This document shows, one piece after another, positions 37,644-50,400 of a stretch of 53,195 nt of DNA. Under the pieces are notes generated by a model. That model did no database searches. It was not told the DNA's origin and was given only the letters and a program-made list of their open reading frames with translations. The stretch is from contig JAUGWO010000059.1 in the NCBI GenBank assembly GCA_049724395.1, forward strand, positions 248,001 through 301,195, given 5' to 3'. The stretch's first letter is position 1; the number at the start of each line of letters is the position of its first letter. Source of the DNA: Spongospora subterranea f. sp. subterranea (lineage: Eukaryota). A program made the position numbers and the translations under genes.

Positions 37644-39440
37644 ATGGACCAGGAACAGAAACACATGATATCGCCACGATATCGCAATCGCCTGTCGTTC
37701 CAGGTCCTGGAGTCGGAATCGATCGTGAAGAACGTGGCGATCAATCGCCAGACGACGTACGGGGTGAACTGGGCGCTACGAGACCAGGGCGACGACCTGA
37801 TTCTGTCGCCCAGGGTCGCCAACAGCCTCGACGTGATGGAGAAGAGCATCGAGCGACGCGCCAGGGAACGGGCCGGCGGGAGAATGGCGCCATCCCAACC
37901 GACACCGCTGTCCGAGTGGACTGAGTTCGAGGGCGTGGCCGGGGCCGATGGCCCCGACCTCGATCAGTGGAGCGAGGAATGGGCCGATCGTTGGGCGATT
38001 GGGGAAGGGATTGGACCGGTCCCCGACGCCATCCGATCGCTGCCAAAGTCAACGGAACTGGTCGCCGATATCGAGCGCTGGCTGATCGACAACGAGAACC
38101 GCCCGTTGAACGAGGTCCTCGACCAGGCAATCGCGACACCGGTCGCCGACAAGAGCGGAACCGACCAGAGCGATATCGACCAGGAAATTTCGAGGGCGAT
38201 CGACGACGTCGTCGCCGCCGCACCCGCCGGACCGGCGAGAGAACACCGCCCGGCCCCTGGCGGTGCTAAACAACAGCTGAATCACGGGGGGATATTGTCG
38301 CCGACCATGATCCCCGGCTATCGCCATCGCCTGCTCACATCCCCTCTCCTCTACACACCCGCCGGATTCGGCTCGTTGGCTCAACAGACTATCACTTTAC
38401 CACGTCCCCGAATCGTCCCGCCGCCGCCGACGACGAAGACGACGACGCACCCACCGCCAACCACACTGAAACCGATCGCCCCCGCCACCGGATTCGTATT
38501 CGTCGACAGTCGCCATCGTCGGCGCCATCGTCGGCGACCGGTTCGCCTTCGTCGTCGTCGAATTCATCACCCGATCGCCGAGCGCCATCCCCGGTCGTTG
38601 TCGCCCAAGGCGAGCCAGCGACATATTCGCACCGGTTCGTCGATGAAGTCGTTGTCAAATGTCCCAGAGCACAGGGATTCGACGCCCTATTGTCGAATAA
38701 AGAACGACATGTTGGAGTTCATTATCCCCGAAGACCCGGTAAATCGAGATCGGTGTCGTTGTCGAGTGGTTTCTTATCCAGAGATGGTTTAGCAGGAGAG
38801 TGGTCAGATCAACGACGAAGCGAGTTCGACGAAACTGACGGCGCTGGAACGGTACAGTTTGAAGGCGCTGCACAAGAAGAAGCTGCGGGAGGAGACGGAG
38901 AGCTTCGTGGAGGAGCTGGAGCGACAGATGGACAAGCGGGAGGTCACGAGGAAATACACGAGGACGGCGTACGAGCCCAGCGTCCCGAAACCGTTCATGG
39001 CGCACCCACAGGCCACGATCATGCGCCAGCTGACGGGCGACGCCCAACGGTTCCTGTTCTCGGAGACCAAGAACAAGGTTCGCGCCGGGCTGATCGAACA
39101 GCGTCAGCCACGACGCGAGATGAGGAACGCCACGCGGCGGATCGATGCGATCCGGACGCGCGAGAAGGAGTATTGGCGGATACGGGAAGCGGAATTCGTG
39201 GGCAACGCCAGGGAGTTCAACCTGGAGCTGGCCCTGGCCGGGGCGCGACATCGCCTGCGACAGCACCAGGAGCGGGTCGGGCGGATCGAGGACAGTTTGC
39301 AGTTCCGGCTGGGCGGCGGGGATCAGGTCCATTGCCAGGTCTGTGCCCGGCGATGGGATCTGGATCGGGCTGGCGGCGACCATCAGTGCCCCCCTCGACA
39401 ATCACCAAAAAACGCAATCGCCAATCGCTCAATAATATAG
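37644..39440 (+). CDS. Hypothetical multi-exon protein (Pro/Ser-rich middle, coiled-coil-like C-terminal exon)
   Basis: Long GC-rich ORFs at 37644-38792 and ~38797-39325, separated by lower-GC intron-like stretches. No recognised domain; exon boundaries uncertain. Confidence 0.55.
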
Positions 39441-39503
39441 CTCAGTTTACAAGAGATTGGAATAGGATTTGATCTTGGATTGGACCTGGGAAAAAAAACC
39501 GGA

Positions 39504-41020
39504 TCAGGTTTCCGTTGAACAACAAACGAAAGACGGGAACTGAAACACCTGACTGAGTCGTTGCCGGGCCAGTATGGTGATGTGGTCGGTAGCGCCAAGC
39601 TGTTGGGCGTAGGCCCCGGCCAGGTCCGATAGGATGTCGACGGCGCTGGTGAAGATTGTCAGCTGTAGACAGGTCGGCAGCTCGGTCTGTAGGACGTCGA
39701 GGCGCTTGGCGATCGCTTTCACATCCTGGACAGGGTCAGCTTGTCAAAAACGACGTTCGCCAAACAGAAAAAACCAGCCGGATCAACACGCAGCGCGATT
39801 TCCTGAAGGGATCGTTTCTTGGAACTTTCCGCCCTGCCCAATGACGATCGTCGCGATAACGTCGCGTTCTTAGCAGATGTCGACTTTTCTCTCCACGCCC
39901 TCATTTTGTACCCGATGTAGGTATTGCGATAACGGCGAATTCTGAGGAAGGGGCGGGGGGTGTGCTGTTAGCAACGGTACCGGGCGGAACGACGACAACC
40001 GACGAAAGGAAACACACCGAACCTGGCGCAACTGACTTTGAAACGGAACTTGGCGGCCGCTCGCGCCTCCATCCAGATCTTCCACGACCAGAAGGCGCGG
40101 CGGATGCGGATGTGGGCCTTGGTCATTGCCAGCAAATATTGCCAACCCGCCACGTCAACCTGGTCAACCGATCAGATTCGTGGCCGGAAAACACTTTGAT
40201 GGGAAAAGCCGTTTTCTCGCGTAGGAACATGTTCAATTTCACACGGAACGTTACAGATGAACGAGAACGAGTTCTGACAATGAATCGCGTTCTGATACTC
40301 AAAATTTGAGATAACAACAGGTTCAAACAAAATTGCCATTGGGGCCGATTTGTTTTACATTGGCATGATCGGCGATAATATGGTCCATTGTCGGGATATC
40401 AACTGAGTAGCGTCGGCGAGGGATTCGCCGACGCGTTCGCCCAGGACGTGGTGTGAGGAACTGGGGAGCGCGAGCCTCGTTGGTCTCGGGCAACGCGGTG
40501 GCGCTGAACAGCATCGAGACGGTGGCGTCCAGCGATTTCAAGGGCGGGACACCGAGCGCGGTGGCCGACGTCGTCCGCTGATGGCCCTTGGCACGGGAAG
40601 GCTCATCGTTGACGTCGTCGTCGGAATTGTACGGATTCTCGAGCGAGAACCGTTTCGCCAGGGATTGGTCGAGTAAAGTTGGGCGTGTGGACGGGCTCTT
40701 TGGCGCCAGCTCACCCGGTAGGAGCGGGGACGACGGCGAGGTCAATGAGACGCGTCCATCGCCGCCCAGGGGATCGGACAGGCGGCGAGTGGACGCGGAT
40801 TTCGACGCCTTTCGACCTGTCATTTCGCTGTCAAATCCCAAGGTGACTCAATGGGGCCAAATATCCCACGAGGGAAATGTGTGTTCGGATTGATTAACGA
40901 ACAGCTGCTCGTCAGTGAACCAGACCAGATTGGCGCCAACAACTGATATGGAATCGCAACTCGTCTGCGATTCCCGAGATCGTTTCAGGTTGGAATTGCG
41001 GCACATTGAGGGCCAAGGCG
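39504..41020 (-). CDS. Hypothetical multi-exon protein
   Basis: A chain of coding-like minus-strand segments (GFDSEMTGRKASKS..., AGWQYLLAMTKAHIRIRRAFWSWKIW, KAIAKRLDVLQTELP) separated by pyrimidine-rich intron-like gaps. Confidence 0.5.
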
Positions 41021-41649
41021 CGCGTGTTGATGGCCCTCCGAGGCGATTGTTGACCGGGTGTGGCTGTTGGTGAGCGATAATCTGAGGCAATGGGGGCGGG
41101 GATGGCGACAATACAGCGACCGACCGGGTCCCATAAAGCCCCCCATAAGTCCAACCCAACCCCCCAATCTCCATCCCCTGATCAGATGTGGCATTAGTTT
41201 GTTGCCGAATCCTCACTCGATCTACATCCTGATCTCAACCTGTTCAACACGTCCTTTATCGCCGATATTCGGCCACTGTGGAAGAATAGATTCGAATTGA
41301 CCTGGATTGCCGATGATCCTGTCAAAATGGGCGTCGGGGGAGATCGTCATCGTGTATGAAATTACGACCTTCCGTTAAATTATTCATCAAGTCGACAAAT
41401 TTCCCCGTTCACCAACATTGTCACCGTTTATCATCGCTAACCCGATCCGGCAAAATGGCGATAAATTTCAAACGCCGGATGGAACACGGTCGGTAGACGG
41501 GACACATTGCAAGACGACGCCGCCTCATCATTGGGGATGTAATCAACGTCCCGGGACGGTTTGGTCGTCAATATCGGGCAACGGTCGGCGGTGGCGTCAT
41601 CCTGTGCCGAGCCGTTAAATCAGATCGCGGGAGCAGATTTCGGTCGACA

Positions 41650-42670
41650 ATGGACGTGGTTTCCAAAGCGCGACAACTGATCCAGCGGCGAACGCAACGC
41701 GATCCCGACAGCGAATCGCTGTCGGGAATGTCGGAGTTCGAGGACGATCACGTGGCGAAAGCGTCGGCACCTGTCGACGTCGCCCCGAACCGGGAGCGAA
41801 TCGCGACGGAGGATCACATCGATCAGTCAGAAAACGACGAGATCATATCGTTCTCCGAGGATAATGTCGACGATCGACAATATCCCGTCGCCGTTGAATA
41901 TTCCACCGACGATCTGGAGTCGGTCGATATCTGCTTCGATTCCGAAGACCCAAAGCCGGCCGGGAATCGGATCGACGTCGCCGTCACCCCGAACTTCCAG
42001 CGGCGCAATCGCTGATGATCGGGAACGTTCGGAATTGAGCGAGTTTTCGTCATTTGAAGAGGAACTGGAGATTGACGACGACAACGCCGTCCAGCAGGAA
42101 GTTGATGGGCCTTCGACAGCGGAACACGTTGACGAATCTGGAACTGTCGACGGCTCCGTATCGGACGTCATCGAGTCGCAGTCGGCGCACGTTGACGATG
42201 TCGCCACGTCGGCGTATTCCAGTGATTTCGAGGGCAACGCGTCCACGTTCGGCGTCGGCGTCGACAATGAGAGTCCAGCAGATGTTTCGACTCTGTCTGA
42301 CGATGAACCGCCGCCGCTCCCACAATGTGATCAACTGCCTACGATAACTGAGGACAACCACAGGCGCTCGGCGCCGGATGTGCCCGTATTTGCCAAAGAT
42401 GCCGAATCGCAAACGCCGGCAGAACGGGTGGATCAATACGTTCAGGCCGATGTGAACGAACGATTTTCGGGGCGGTTCCGTGTGGATGAGAGGGCGGAGA
42501 TGATGCCAGGGGATGTCGCGGCCAAGATCAGGTCCATTGTCGGTAATCTGCAACAATCTCGTCAGCGATTGGACCGCGACAACCGTCGGCTATCGTATAG
42601 GAAGTACACGACCTTGAGGGACGTGGAGGAGCGGATCGCCACAGCCTTGGCCAACATCAGGACAGGATAA
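41650..42670 (+). CDS. Acidic disordered protein, C-terminus reminiscent of DUF4614/C19orf44
   Basis: Two overlapping ORFs joined by a frameshift or intron near 41930-42000. D/E/S-rich, with an ESQT motif and the C-terminus LQQSRQRL...YRKYTTLRDVEERI. The family assignment is from memory of the YTTL motif only. Confidence 0.5.
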
Positions 42671-44489
42671 TACACCGATCTATTGTCATGGTCTGTGTCA
42701 GCGATTTTGGCGGGCCATTTTCACAGCGCCATCGAGATCGTCAGCGTCTTCCCTAGCGCCGCGCCCATGTGAATGTGGCAATCTGTTTATGAAAATAGTC
42801 TGAAAGGCGAATCGTTTGCTGTTCCACGTCACGTATCGGGTATTGTCCTGATATTGTCAGTTCAGGAGCGAACGTTGATTTCGACTCATTGACTTGTTGG
42901 TATTGGCGGAACGATCATGTTCAAAGTGATCATGATGGTTTGGTTCTGTGTCGAGTTCGGGTTGCGATTGATCATCTCGACCATATCCCAGTACGTCATG
43001 TGATAACAGTAATGATCACCATTCATGGACGTGGCTCTTCCTTCACAATGGAATGTTTGTCATCACTGTTTTTCATGATCTTCGCTAGGAAGCCGTTGTC
43101 GGTGCGATGACATGGTCGGGGTTCGCGCAGGAATCAAAAAGGAATTTCGATGGTGTGAAGCCTTCAAAATGCAACAGCCAAAGTTTGTTGTGTTTTTACT
43201 CAGTGATACTTTGGGCAAACAGGCGATCTGGTCAAACTGGGCATCGATAGTACCAGGGCCAGCTATATTGACCTTCACGATGAAAATGCCTTGGTCGGAA
43301 CTCGGCTCAAACTCATCACATTTGAGTGGGATTGCAGGATTCCTGCCATCACTCAGTCGTGATCCGTCTGTCTGTCTCAATCGGAGAGTAGATTGGCGAG
43401 TGGAATGGACCGTGAAGAAGCGATGATCCTCAATCTTTCAAAGTTATCGCCGACCTTTGTCTGAACTGCAGCAGCGAGCGAGTGTTTGTCGCACTCGACC
43501 ATTGAGTACAGGAGCGCTCTCGTAGGACATCACAAACGGTGAACAGTTCTACTGTCTAGGCCAGTCAGTCAGCAAAAAGAGTTCGTTTGTTTTTTGTTGT
43601 CAATCTCCCATCCTCAATCGTTCATGGCGCTCGAAAACAAGGTACTGACCGTATTCAATAAGGCAAAACAACGCTCAGACGGAATCAAACACATTCGCCA
43701 CCTTTGCCAACAGGAACAAGGGCACAACTGAGCGCGACATCGTCACCAAATCCAAGGTACGACCAGACGATTCGAGTTGGACAGCTCCATAGATGGCGCT
43801 ACTATCTAAACACCTGCTCAACCAATCAACGACGTTGTCGCTGAGCGTGTTGAACAAAGCTCAGCGGGGGCGAATTTGTTGTATCTAGGCAGATATCACG
43901 ACTCTCCGTTGGAAGCCGAAAAACCTTCCAAAGGTGGTCAAATCTTATCATTGCGGCTGTCAAATTCAACAGGCCATTGAGTATATTATATTTGTCCCAC
44001 TGAAAGGGTTTCAACATGTTCAGCTGAAATGTTTCCTCATTAGAGCATTCGAAGAAACTGCTGGGATTTCGGGTTTTACAGCAAGTTGAACCGGACACAG
44101 GACAACATCGATATGAAGCAAATGGGATGTCATATCAGAAAATGAATGGTTTTGAGGGCGATTTTCATGGAAGGAATGGAGGGTGTATTTTGACGTTGAT
44201 GTTGGCAGACACACAGTGGACGTTTGTATGACTCCGATATCCATCAAACCAAACAGACGGGAACCTCAAACTCAGGTTATGACGTTGTGGGATACTGAAA
44301 CCCAAAGAGGAACACGCGATTATAATCTCAAACGGAGGAGTATAGATATATGGTAGTAGTAGCGGTGGACCGCTCGACCTTATCCCGACGACTCACGATC
44401 CAGATTAGATCTGCAGAGTATCACCCGTTCCTAATCCCACCGTTTGGCAATCACTCCCTGGGAGATGTTTTCCCAAACCAAACCAGAAA

Positions 44490-45752
44490 ATGCGGCAATG
44501 CGAACCCAAATCACCGACCCAAATTGGTCGCGCAGTTTGCCATTCTGGGCATCGGTTTCGAATGCAGCCGATTGAGGTTCCGTGTGTGGCCGACGATATT
44601 CCTGATCAGGATATCGGCGCCGACGACTACGCAAATCCGCACCTGATCGTTCGGTACACCGCTACCGGATGGGTTTTAGCGAATTTCAAATTGGGCGCGT
44701 TCTATGGCCAAATCCAACCGCAGACCGTACAGGAGCTGCAGCGCAACGTCCAGGCGCAGAGCGCGGAACAGGATCCGGAACAGCTCCAGTCGCTGCGCGA
44801 CGACGAAGATCGCGTCCGGCGCAATCTCGTCTCGGATTTCACGCGCTTCGTCTGCTCCCAGGACGCCGCCAACCGGTTCCAGTACAACCGACGGGCGTAT
44901 CTGATGGGCTTGGGCAGATCGGTCATGTTGTACTGCGCTGCTCGGTCGAGGCCCGACCAGTTCCCCGATCCAGACGAGTTGCTGTTTGCGAACCACCCCG
45001 TCTTCGTGAAAGGCGTCGTGGCGACGTTCAACTCGTACTGCTCTGAGCGGTACGATCTATCGGATTGGATCCGGTCGTTGACGAACACCGCCAACCTGTA
45101 CTTTCAGCGGTTCCAGAACGGACTTCGAAACGGGTCAATCCGCCTCGATCCGCGTTATCGTAGTCATTTCCGCGCCAGCGTCTTATTGGCGTTCGATAAG
45201 ATCGGTGTCGACCTCGGTGACGATTATTGGAGCTCCGAGTTCCCGTTGCGCAACGAAGACGAACCAGTTCCCGAGACGCGGTCGTACGATCTGACCGACG
45301 GAAGCATCGTTTACAACTGGACCGAGTATTTCTCAGAATGTTGCTCCATGAAAATGCATCAGCCGTATGCGCCGAAACTCGAGCGACATATGGTCGCCGA
45401 GCTCAAGGTGATTCTCTGCGTAGCGGACGCGTTCAGGCGATTCGTCAAGGGCGAAGGTCTGTCTCAGGAACATATGATTGCGATGTTGGTGTGCTTCCGT
45501 CAGGCGTCGACATCGATATTGAGGGACAGCTATGGCTTGTCGGAGAGCAAACTGATGAACTTGGTGGCGAGTGCCGAAGCGGATTTAGTGGCGATCTGCG
45601 GAATAGCATGTGCTGATCAACGCGTCAACAAACCGGACGAACTTTCCTGTTTCGGGCAATTCCTCTCCTGTTTAATGTGTCAAGCAGACGAACGTTCCTG
45701 TTTCGGGCGTGTCTTCTCCTGTTTAATGTGTAATATGGCGAACCCTATCTAG
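44490..45752 (+). CDS. Hypothetical intronless protein (420 aa) with C-terminal tandem 17-aa Cys motif
   Basis: Long open frame ending in PDELSCFGQFLSCLMCQ / ADERSCFGRVFSCLMCN. Confidence 0.7.
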   Translation: MRQCEPKSPTQIGRAVCHSGHRFRMQPIEVPCVADDIPDQDIGADDYANPHLIVRYTATGWVLANFKLGAFYGQIQPQTVQELQRNVQAQSAEQDPEQLQSLRDDEDRVRRNLVSDFTRFVCSQDAANRFQYNRRAYLMGLGRSVMLYCAARSRPDQFPDPDELLFANHPVFVKGVVATFNSYCSERYDLSDWIRSLTNTANLYFQRFQNGLRNGSIRLDPRYRSHFRASVLLAFDKIGVDLGDDYWSSEFPLRNEDEPVPETRSYDLTDGSIVYNWTEYFSECCSMKMHQPYAPKLERHMVAELKVILCVADAFRRFVKGEGLSQEHMIAMLVCFRQASTSILRDSYGLSESKLMNLVASAEADLVAICGIACADQRVNKPDELSCFGQFLSCLMCQADERSCFGRVFSCLMCNMANPI

Positions 45753-46273
45753 AACTAGCGACTCTCTGTGATCACGTTTTCTCATTTCTTGATCTCTGTT
45801 GATAAACTTGATTTCTTAGTCCTACGTTTTTCTAGGAGGCTTTCAATAACAGGATTCATCTCAGATCCTGTCTGCTGCCACGACGATTTATATTGGGGGC
45901 TATAAAAGACTGGCCACTTTAACTGGCCATTTCAGAAAGTTCGCGGATGGTCATTTAAAGTGGCCAGTCTTTTAAAAATTCAATCATTTTTCATTGCTTC
46001 AATCAACGATTTGTTGATTGTTTCTATTTGTGCAAACCGCAGTGTGAGGGTTGCATTACCTTTCTTGAGTTCTCGGATTCGTAAGTCTTTGCAAATCTAA
46101 TCTTCCTTGAGCATCTTCATCTCCCTCTCCACTTTTATGAAGTCGCTCTGGAGGGTCTCAATCTCATTATAATACACCTNNCACGGTTCAGCGAACAAAA
46201 CTGGGAACTACTGACGAACGTCGACGGGCCTTTTTCCTCACCGGCGTAGAAAACGTCGTCCTCAACACATCAT

Positions 46274-47171
46274 TCAGGCCGCCAAGCTACGACGAGATAA
46301 GTGCATCATTACTATCACGCGAACAGGGAATCCGTCCTCTCGTCGGTCAGGTGTAGCTCTCGACAGTTCCTGTTCGCGTAATAGTAATGATGCACTTATC
46401 TCGTCGTATCTTGGCAATAATATTCGTCCAGCCGTAAGTGCAGCTATCGTGTGCTCGTATAGTTTATCCTTTACGCTGATCAGTATTGCTGATGCCAGTT
46501 CAGAGTCGTCTACATCTCGTCCGGCTAGCCTTAGTCGTAAGGCTAGTTCCTTCATGTCCGTCAGGTGCTTCTTCATTCCCTCCTTCGCGTTGAACATCTT
46601 GTTCGTGAAGTCTTGCTTCATGTATTGCACGTGTGAGAAAGTCCTGGCCCTATGTGAATGCTCCAGCACATTCCAAGCTTCGGCCGGGGTCCTACATTCA
46701 ATCACCGTCATTACTTGGTTTGCCTCTACGTTGTTGACTATTTCGGCAAAGCAAGTGTCGTTTTCGTGTTCGTCGTGTGATGAGCTCAACTCTACTATGT
46801 GCCACAGCCGTGTGGATTTCAGGTGAACCTTCATTTGGAAGGCCCACATCATGTAGTTCTCGTCGTTGAGCTTGACTCCTCGGTATGATTTCACAATAGA
46901 ATGGCTCTCTTGGTTCGTCGCCGGTATTGTAGGGGCTGGGCCCATAATCTGTAGAGATTCTGGGGCGTCGAGGCTCGTTTGGAGGGAATTAGCTTGTCTC
47001 GTTAAGGCTGGCATCGTTGAATGAGAAAATTCTATTAACCGTTATCGTTGTAATTGAGGAGTGAGTTTTATTTCGTATCCGACGTGTTCACTCATATACT
47101 CATGGTTCACGTGTTATTGGCTTCCTAGTCCATGACTCACCGCCGTAGAGAATGTTGACGCATTTCCAACA
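46274..47171 (-). mobile_element. gag: Ty1/copia 5' end: LTR (47171->46950), PBS-like site and truncated gag
   Basis: TGTTGGAAA...CTCTACA is followed by GATTATGGGCCCAG. Gag motifs VKLNDENYMMWAFQMKVHLKSTRLWHIV, TPAEAWNVLE and MKKHLTDMKELALRL. Confidence 0.88.
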
Positions 47172-47459
47172 AGGTTAACCATTTTCTTCTTTCAAAGTAG
47201 AATCAAGTAGTACTAACTTGAATTGAGATCGGAAACTTCCCCTTTCTTCCTGCGAAAAACTGCCCACCCGTGGCCTGATTGTATTGTAAAAAATGTCACC
47301 TATATTTCGTACCCGTTGGTGTGTCGATTAATTGTCCTTTCTTCATGAAGTCCCTTATGGGCGACGAATCCTGGGGTCTGTTGGGGAACATTTTTTGCGG
47401 CACGTAAATGCTGACAATAACATCAAATCCGATTCGTGTTGGATAAGGAAAGCTGATGT

Positions 47460-50400
47460 TTATTCTTTACCGTACGCCACATAAACAGAGTTGGCTTTGA
47501 AATTGATTGGTCTCCCATCAAAAACGGCCCTTCCTCCGTTTGTAAGGTCATCGTAGTGATAGAATCCTGGCATCTTGCCGGGTTCATCCCTTTTTACGTG
47601 TACAATAAAATGCCCACCCGTGGCAGTTGTTGCAGATATTTTCCCCAGCAAACCCCAGGATTCGTCGCCCACAAGGACTTCCATAGGACACTCAATCGAA
47701 ACACCAACGGGTAGTGAAATAAACATAACAGAGGTCGGTGACTTTTGAATTGTCAGGGTCTCAATCTGCATTGCCTATTTACAATTTTTTTATATTGCTA
47801 CACATACCTGCATCACAACCAGGAAGAGTACAGCACCTGTGAAATTTTTCCATCAAAGCCAGTCATCAAAGTTGACAACACCGCCTGCACTGATGGTTCT
47901 TTAGAATCTATCTGCTGGTCCCTGACCTCCTATTGTCAAAAATATAAATAAATACAGTTTTCAATTAACCGAATAGTTCACTCACCAGGATTGACCAAAG
48001 TAATTCACGAGAATCAAATAATTGCCCTTTGCAGCACTTGACGGTTTTTCAAGAAAAAATGAGTACAAGATGAACAAAAAAAAGATTAACCTTAGCAGCT
48101 GTTTTACATGTGAAAACCAAGGTTCGGTAGCAACTTCTTGAAGTATGCTTGATAAGACAACGAACGGGCAACCAAATTCCCCTGATTTGTAAAGCTGTTT
48201 CACTTCAATACACCACTGGTTATGAGATTTCTTCCTTTAGCAAGCTCTTTGGTCAGTTCGGGATCGACTGTATTTTTACAAGTATGGAAGTGTTGAAACA
48301 GACGGAAGAAAACTGGGCTCCTGCAGTTAACACGAGCTGAAGGAATCATCAGACTATATATACATAGTGAAATGCTGGAGATCCTACGAGTGATATAGCA
48401 GGTGTTGTTGGAAATGTACGTCGTACGATTGATACGTAGTAACTGGGTTTCTATCGATATTCTTTGTTCCTTTAGGTCGGCCAACTTTTTTCTTCAAGGG
48501 AGGCGGCAATGGGCTGTTAAAAAGACGTTTCAATGGCTGGTCCGACTTTGCCACAGCCTGATCATTGATGAGGCTACCGGTGGTGTCTGGCGGACGCCCA
48601 TCGTTGAATGCAACTGGTTTTCGCCTTCTGCACTCAGGATGAGCTAAACCGTATCGCTCAATGGAGATCTTCCATCGTTCTGAAACATGTCAGGATGCAA
48701 ATCAAACGACGTTATAGGTAATCGACGTGGCGGTGGTCACTAATTGGTCCAAGGATACGAACCCGTACCTTCCGACAGTATGAGCATCCTTTGGAGATCA
48801 TGCGGCGTCCTTATCGAAATTGGTGAATCAGCGTCGCTTGAGTCCAGTCAACGTCTTGCGACAATAACCGGAATTCGTTGCAGTATTTCCAAGGTTAGAC
48901 CATATCCTCAGCCGGCGCAGAGAATCAGCAGCTTTGCCAGCCCGGTCGGGATCGTCAAAGGCAATGGTGAATGCCGTGATGAATGCCTTGAGATCGGTCA
49001 GTATGGGACCAGGAGATCCATAAAACGGCTTCAGCCAGGCCCGTGCTTGCCCGGTAAGCAACGAGCAGATTAACGCAATACGTTGAGTGTCGTTGGAATA
49101 TGTCAGCGACTGTGCCGTTAGAAACTGTTGCACTTGGCCTAACCAATGCCGAAAAATGACTGTGTCTTCGGCGGGACTGGCGAGGATTGAGGGGGTGATG
49201 TTGCTGTCGCCAGGAATGTGGAGAGTTGGTTGACTAGTTGATTGAACTTTTCGTTTGTTGACCGCTGATAGGTGTCAAGTTGTTCCCGCGATTCCGCCAG
49301 GCGAGCTGCTCTGAGGTTGTGGTCTGCCGAGTCGTAATCGCGTCCCCATTCGTCATGGCGGATCGTCGGAAGTGCGGTAGGCGAGACTTAGTGTTCCGAT
49401 AGGAGAGGAAATGCGTTAGGAAGGGTTAGAGGTGTAATAGTTCAGACTTAGCGTTGCGATAGGAGTGATTTAGAGGATGTGGAGACGTAATAGAGTTGGT
49501 TAAAGTAAGAGGATTGGGAGCACTGGACAATGTTTGGTTCGATCCCGACCGGGCTGGCAAAGCTGCTGATTCTCTGCGCCGGCTGAGGATGGGATCTAAC
49601 CTTGGAAAATACTGCAACGAATTCCGGTTATTGTCGCAAGACGTTGACTGGACTCAAGCGACGCTGATTCACCAATTTCGGCAAGGACTGCCGCATGATC
49701 TCCAAAGGATGCTCATACTGTCGGAAGGTACGGGTTCGTATCCTTGGACCAATTAGTGACCACCGGCACGTCGATTACCTATAACGTCGTTTGATTGGCG
49801 TTCCTGACAGTATGATGGCTATCAAGGTCGTCACTCGCGGCTTATATGTAACGGTATCAAGGTTGCCTTATATACCTTCAGTGGTCAGACTTCCCCGCCT
49901 CACTGGATTGTTTCGTCTTCTTCCTTCTCCCTCAACTGTGTTATCTCGATTCTATGCTCACGACCATCTAGGAATCCCGCCCGGGGGCGGCAAGGTCATG
50001 GGGGGGGGGGGGGCGCTCCTAAAACGGGGGATACTGTCATGATCCGAAAGTCTTAGGTATATTAGGACCCGAGATGATGGCCTTCAGCCATCAGTACCTT
50101 TTGGGTCAGTTGGTAACTGTGTATCTCGGGCACAGTTCCTAACACAACACCTGAGAAGTAGAAGTTGGATTCAAAGCAGAGACCAAACCACTAACCCCCA
50201 AACTGTATACCATATCGAACGGTTCACTTAAGTTTGAGGTCCTCAAATTCTCGTTCCAAATTCGCCGAAAGAAGCATCAGTGATGATAACCCAAAGACAA
50301 TCGTGTTATTTTTTCCGCTATTTGATAATACACTGCGTGCATTGATACTATCGGATTGCTATCTTCTCTACCCTTCTCGGCGAACTCTTTCGCAAGCTTT

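Noticed and set aside
35003..39472. Numerous long antisense and alternative-frame ORFs
   Set aside because: These are the expected shadow ORFs of GC3-rich coding sequence.
42900..44260. Possible decayed minus-strand gene (DGYRSH, pogo-like)
   Set aside because: A single short motif with many stops and no supporting DDE context or TIRs.
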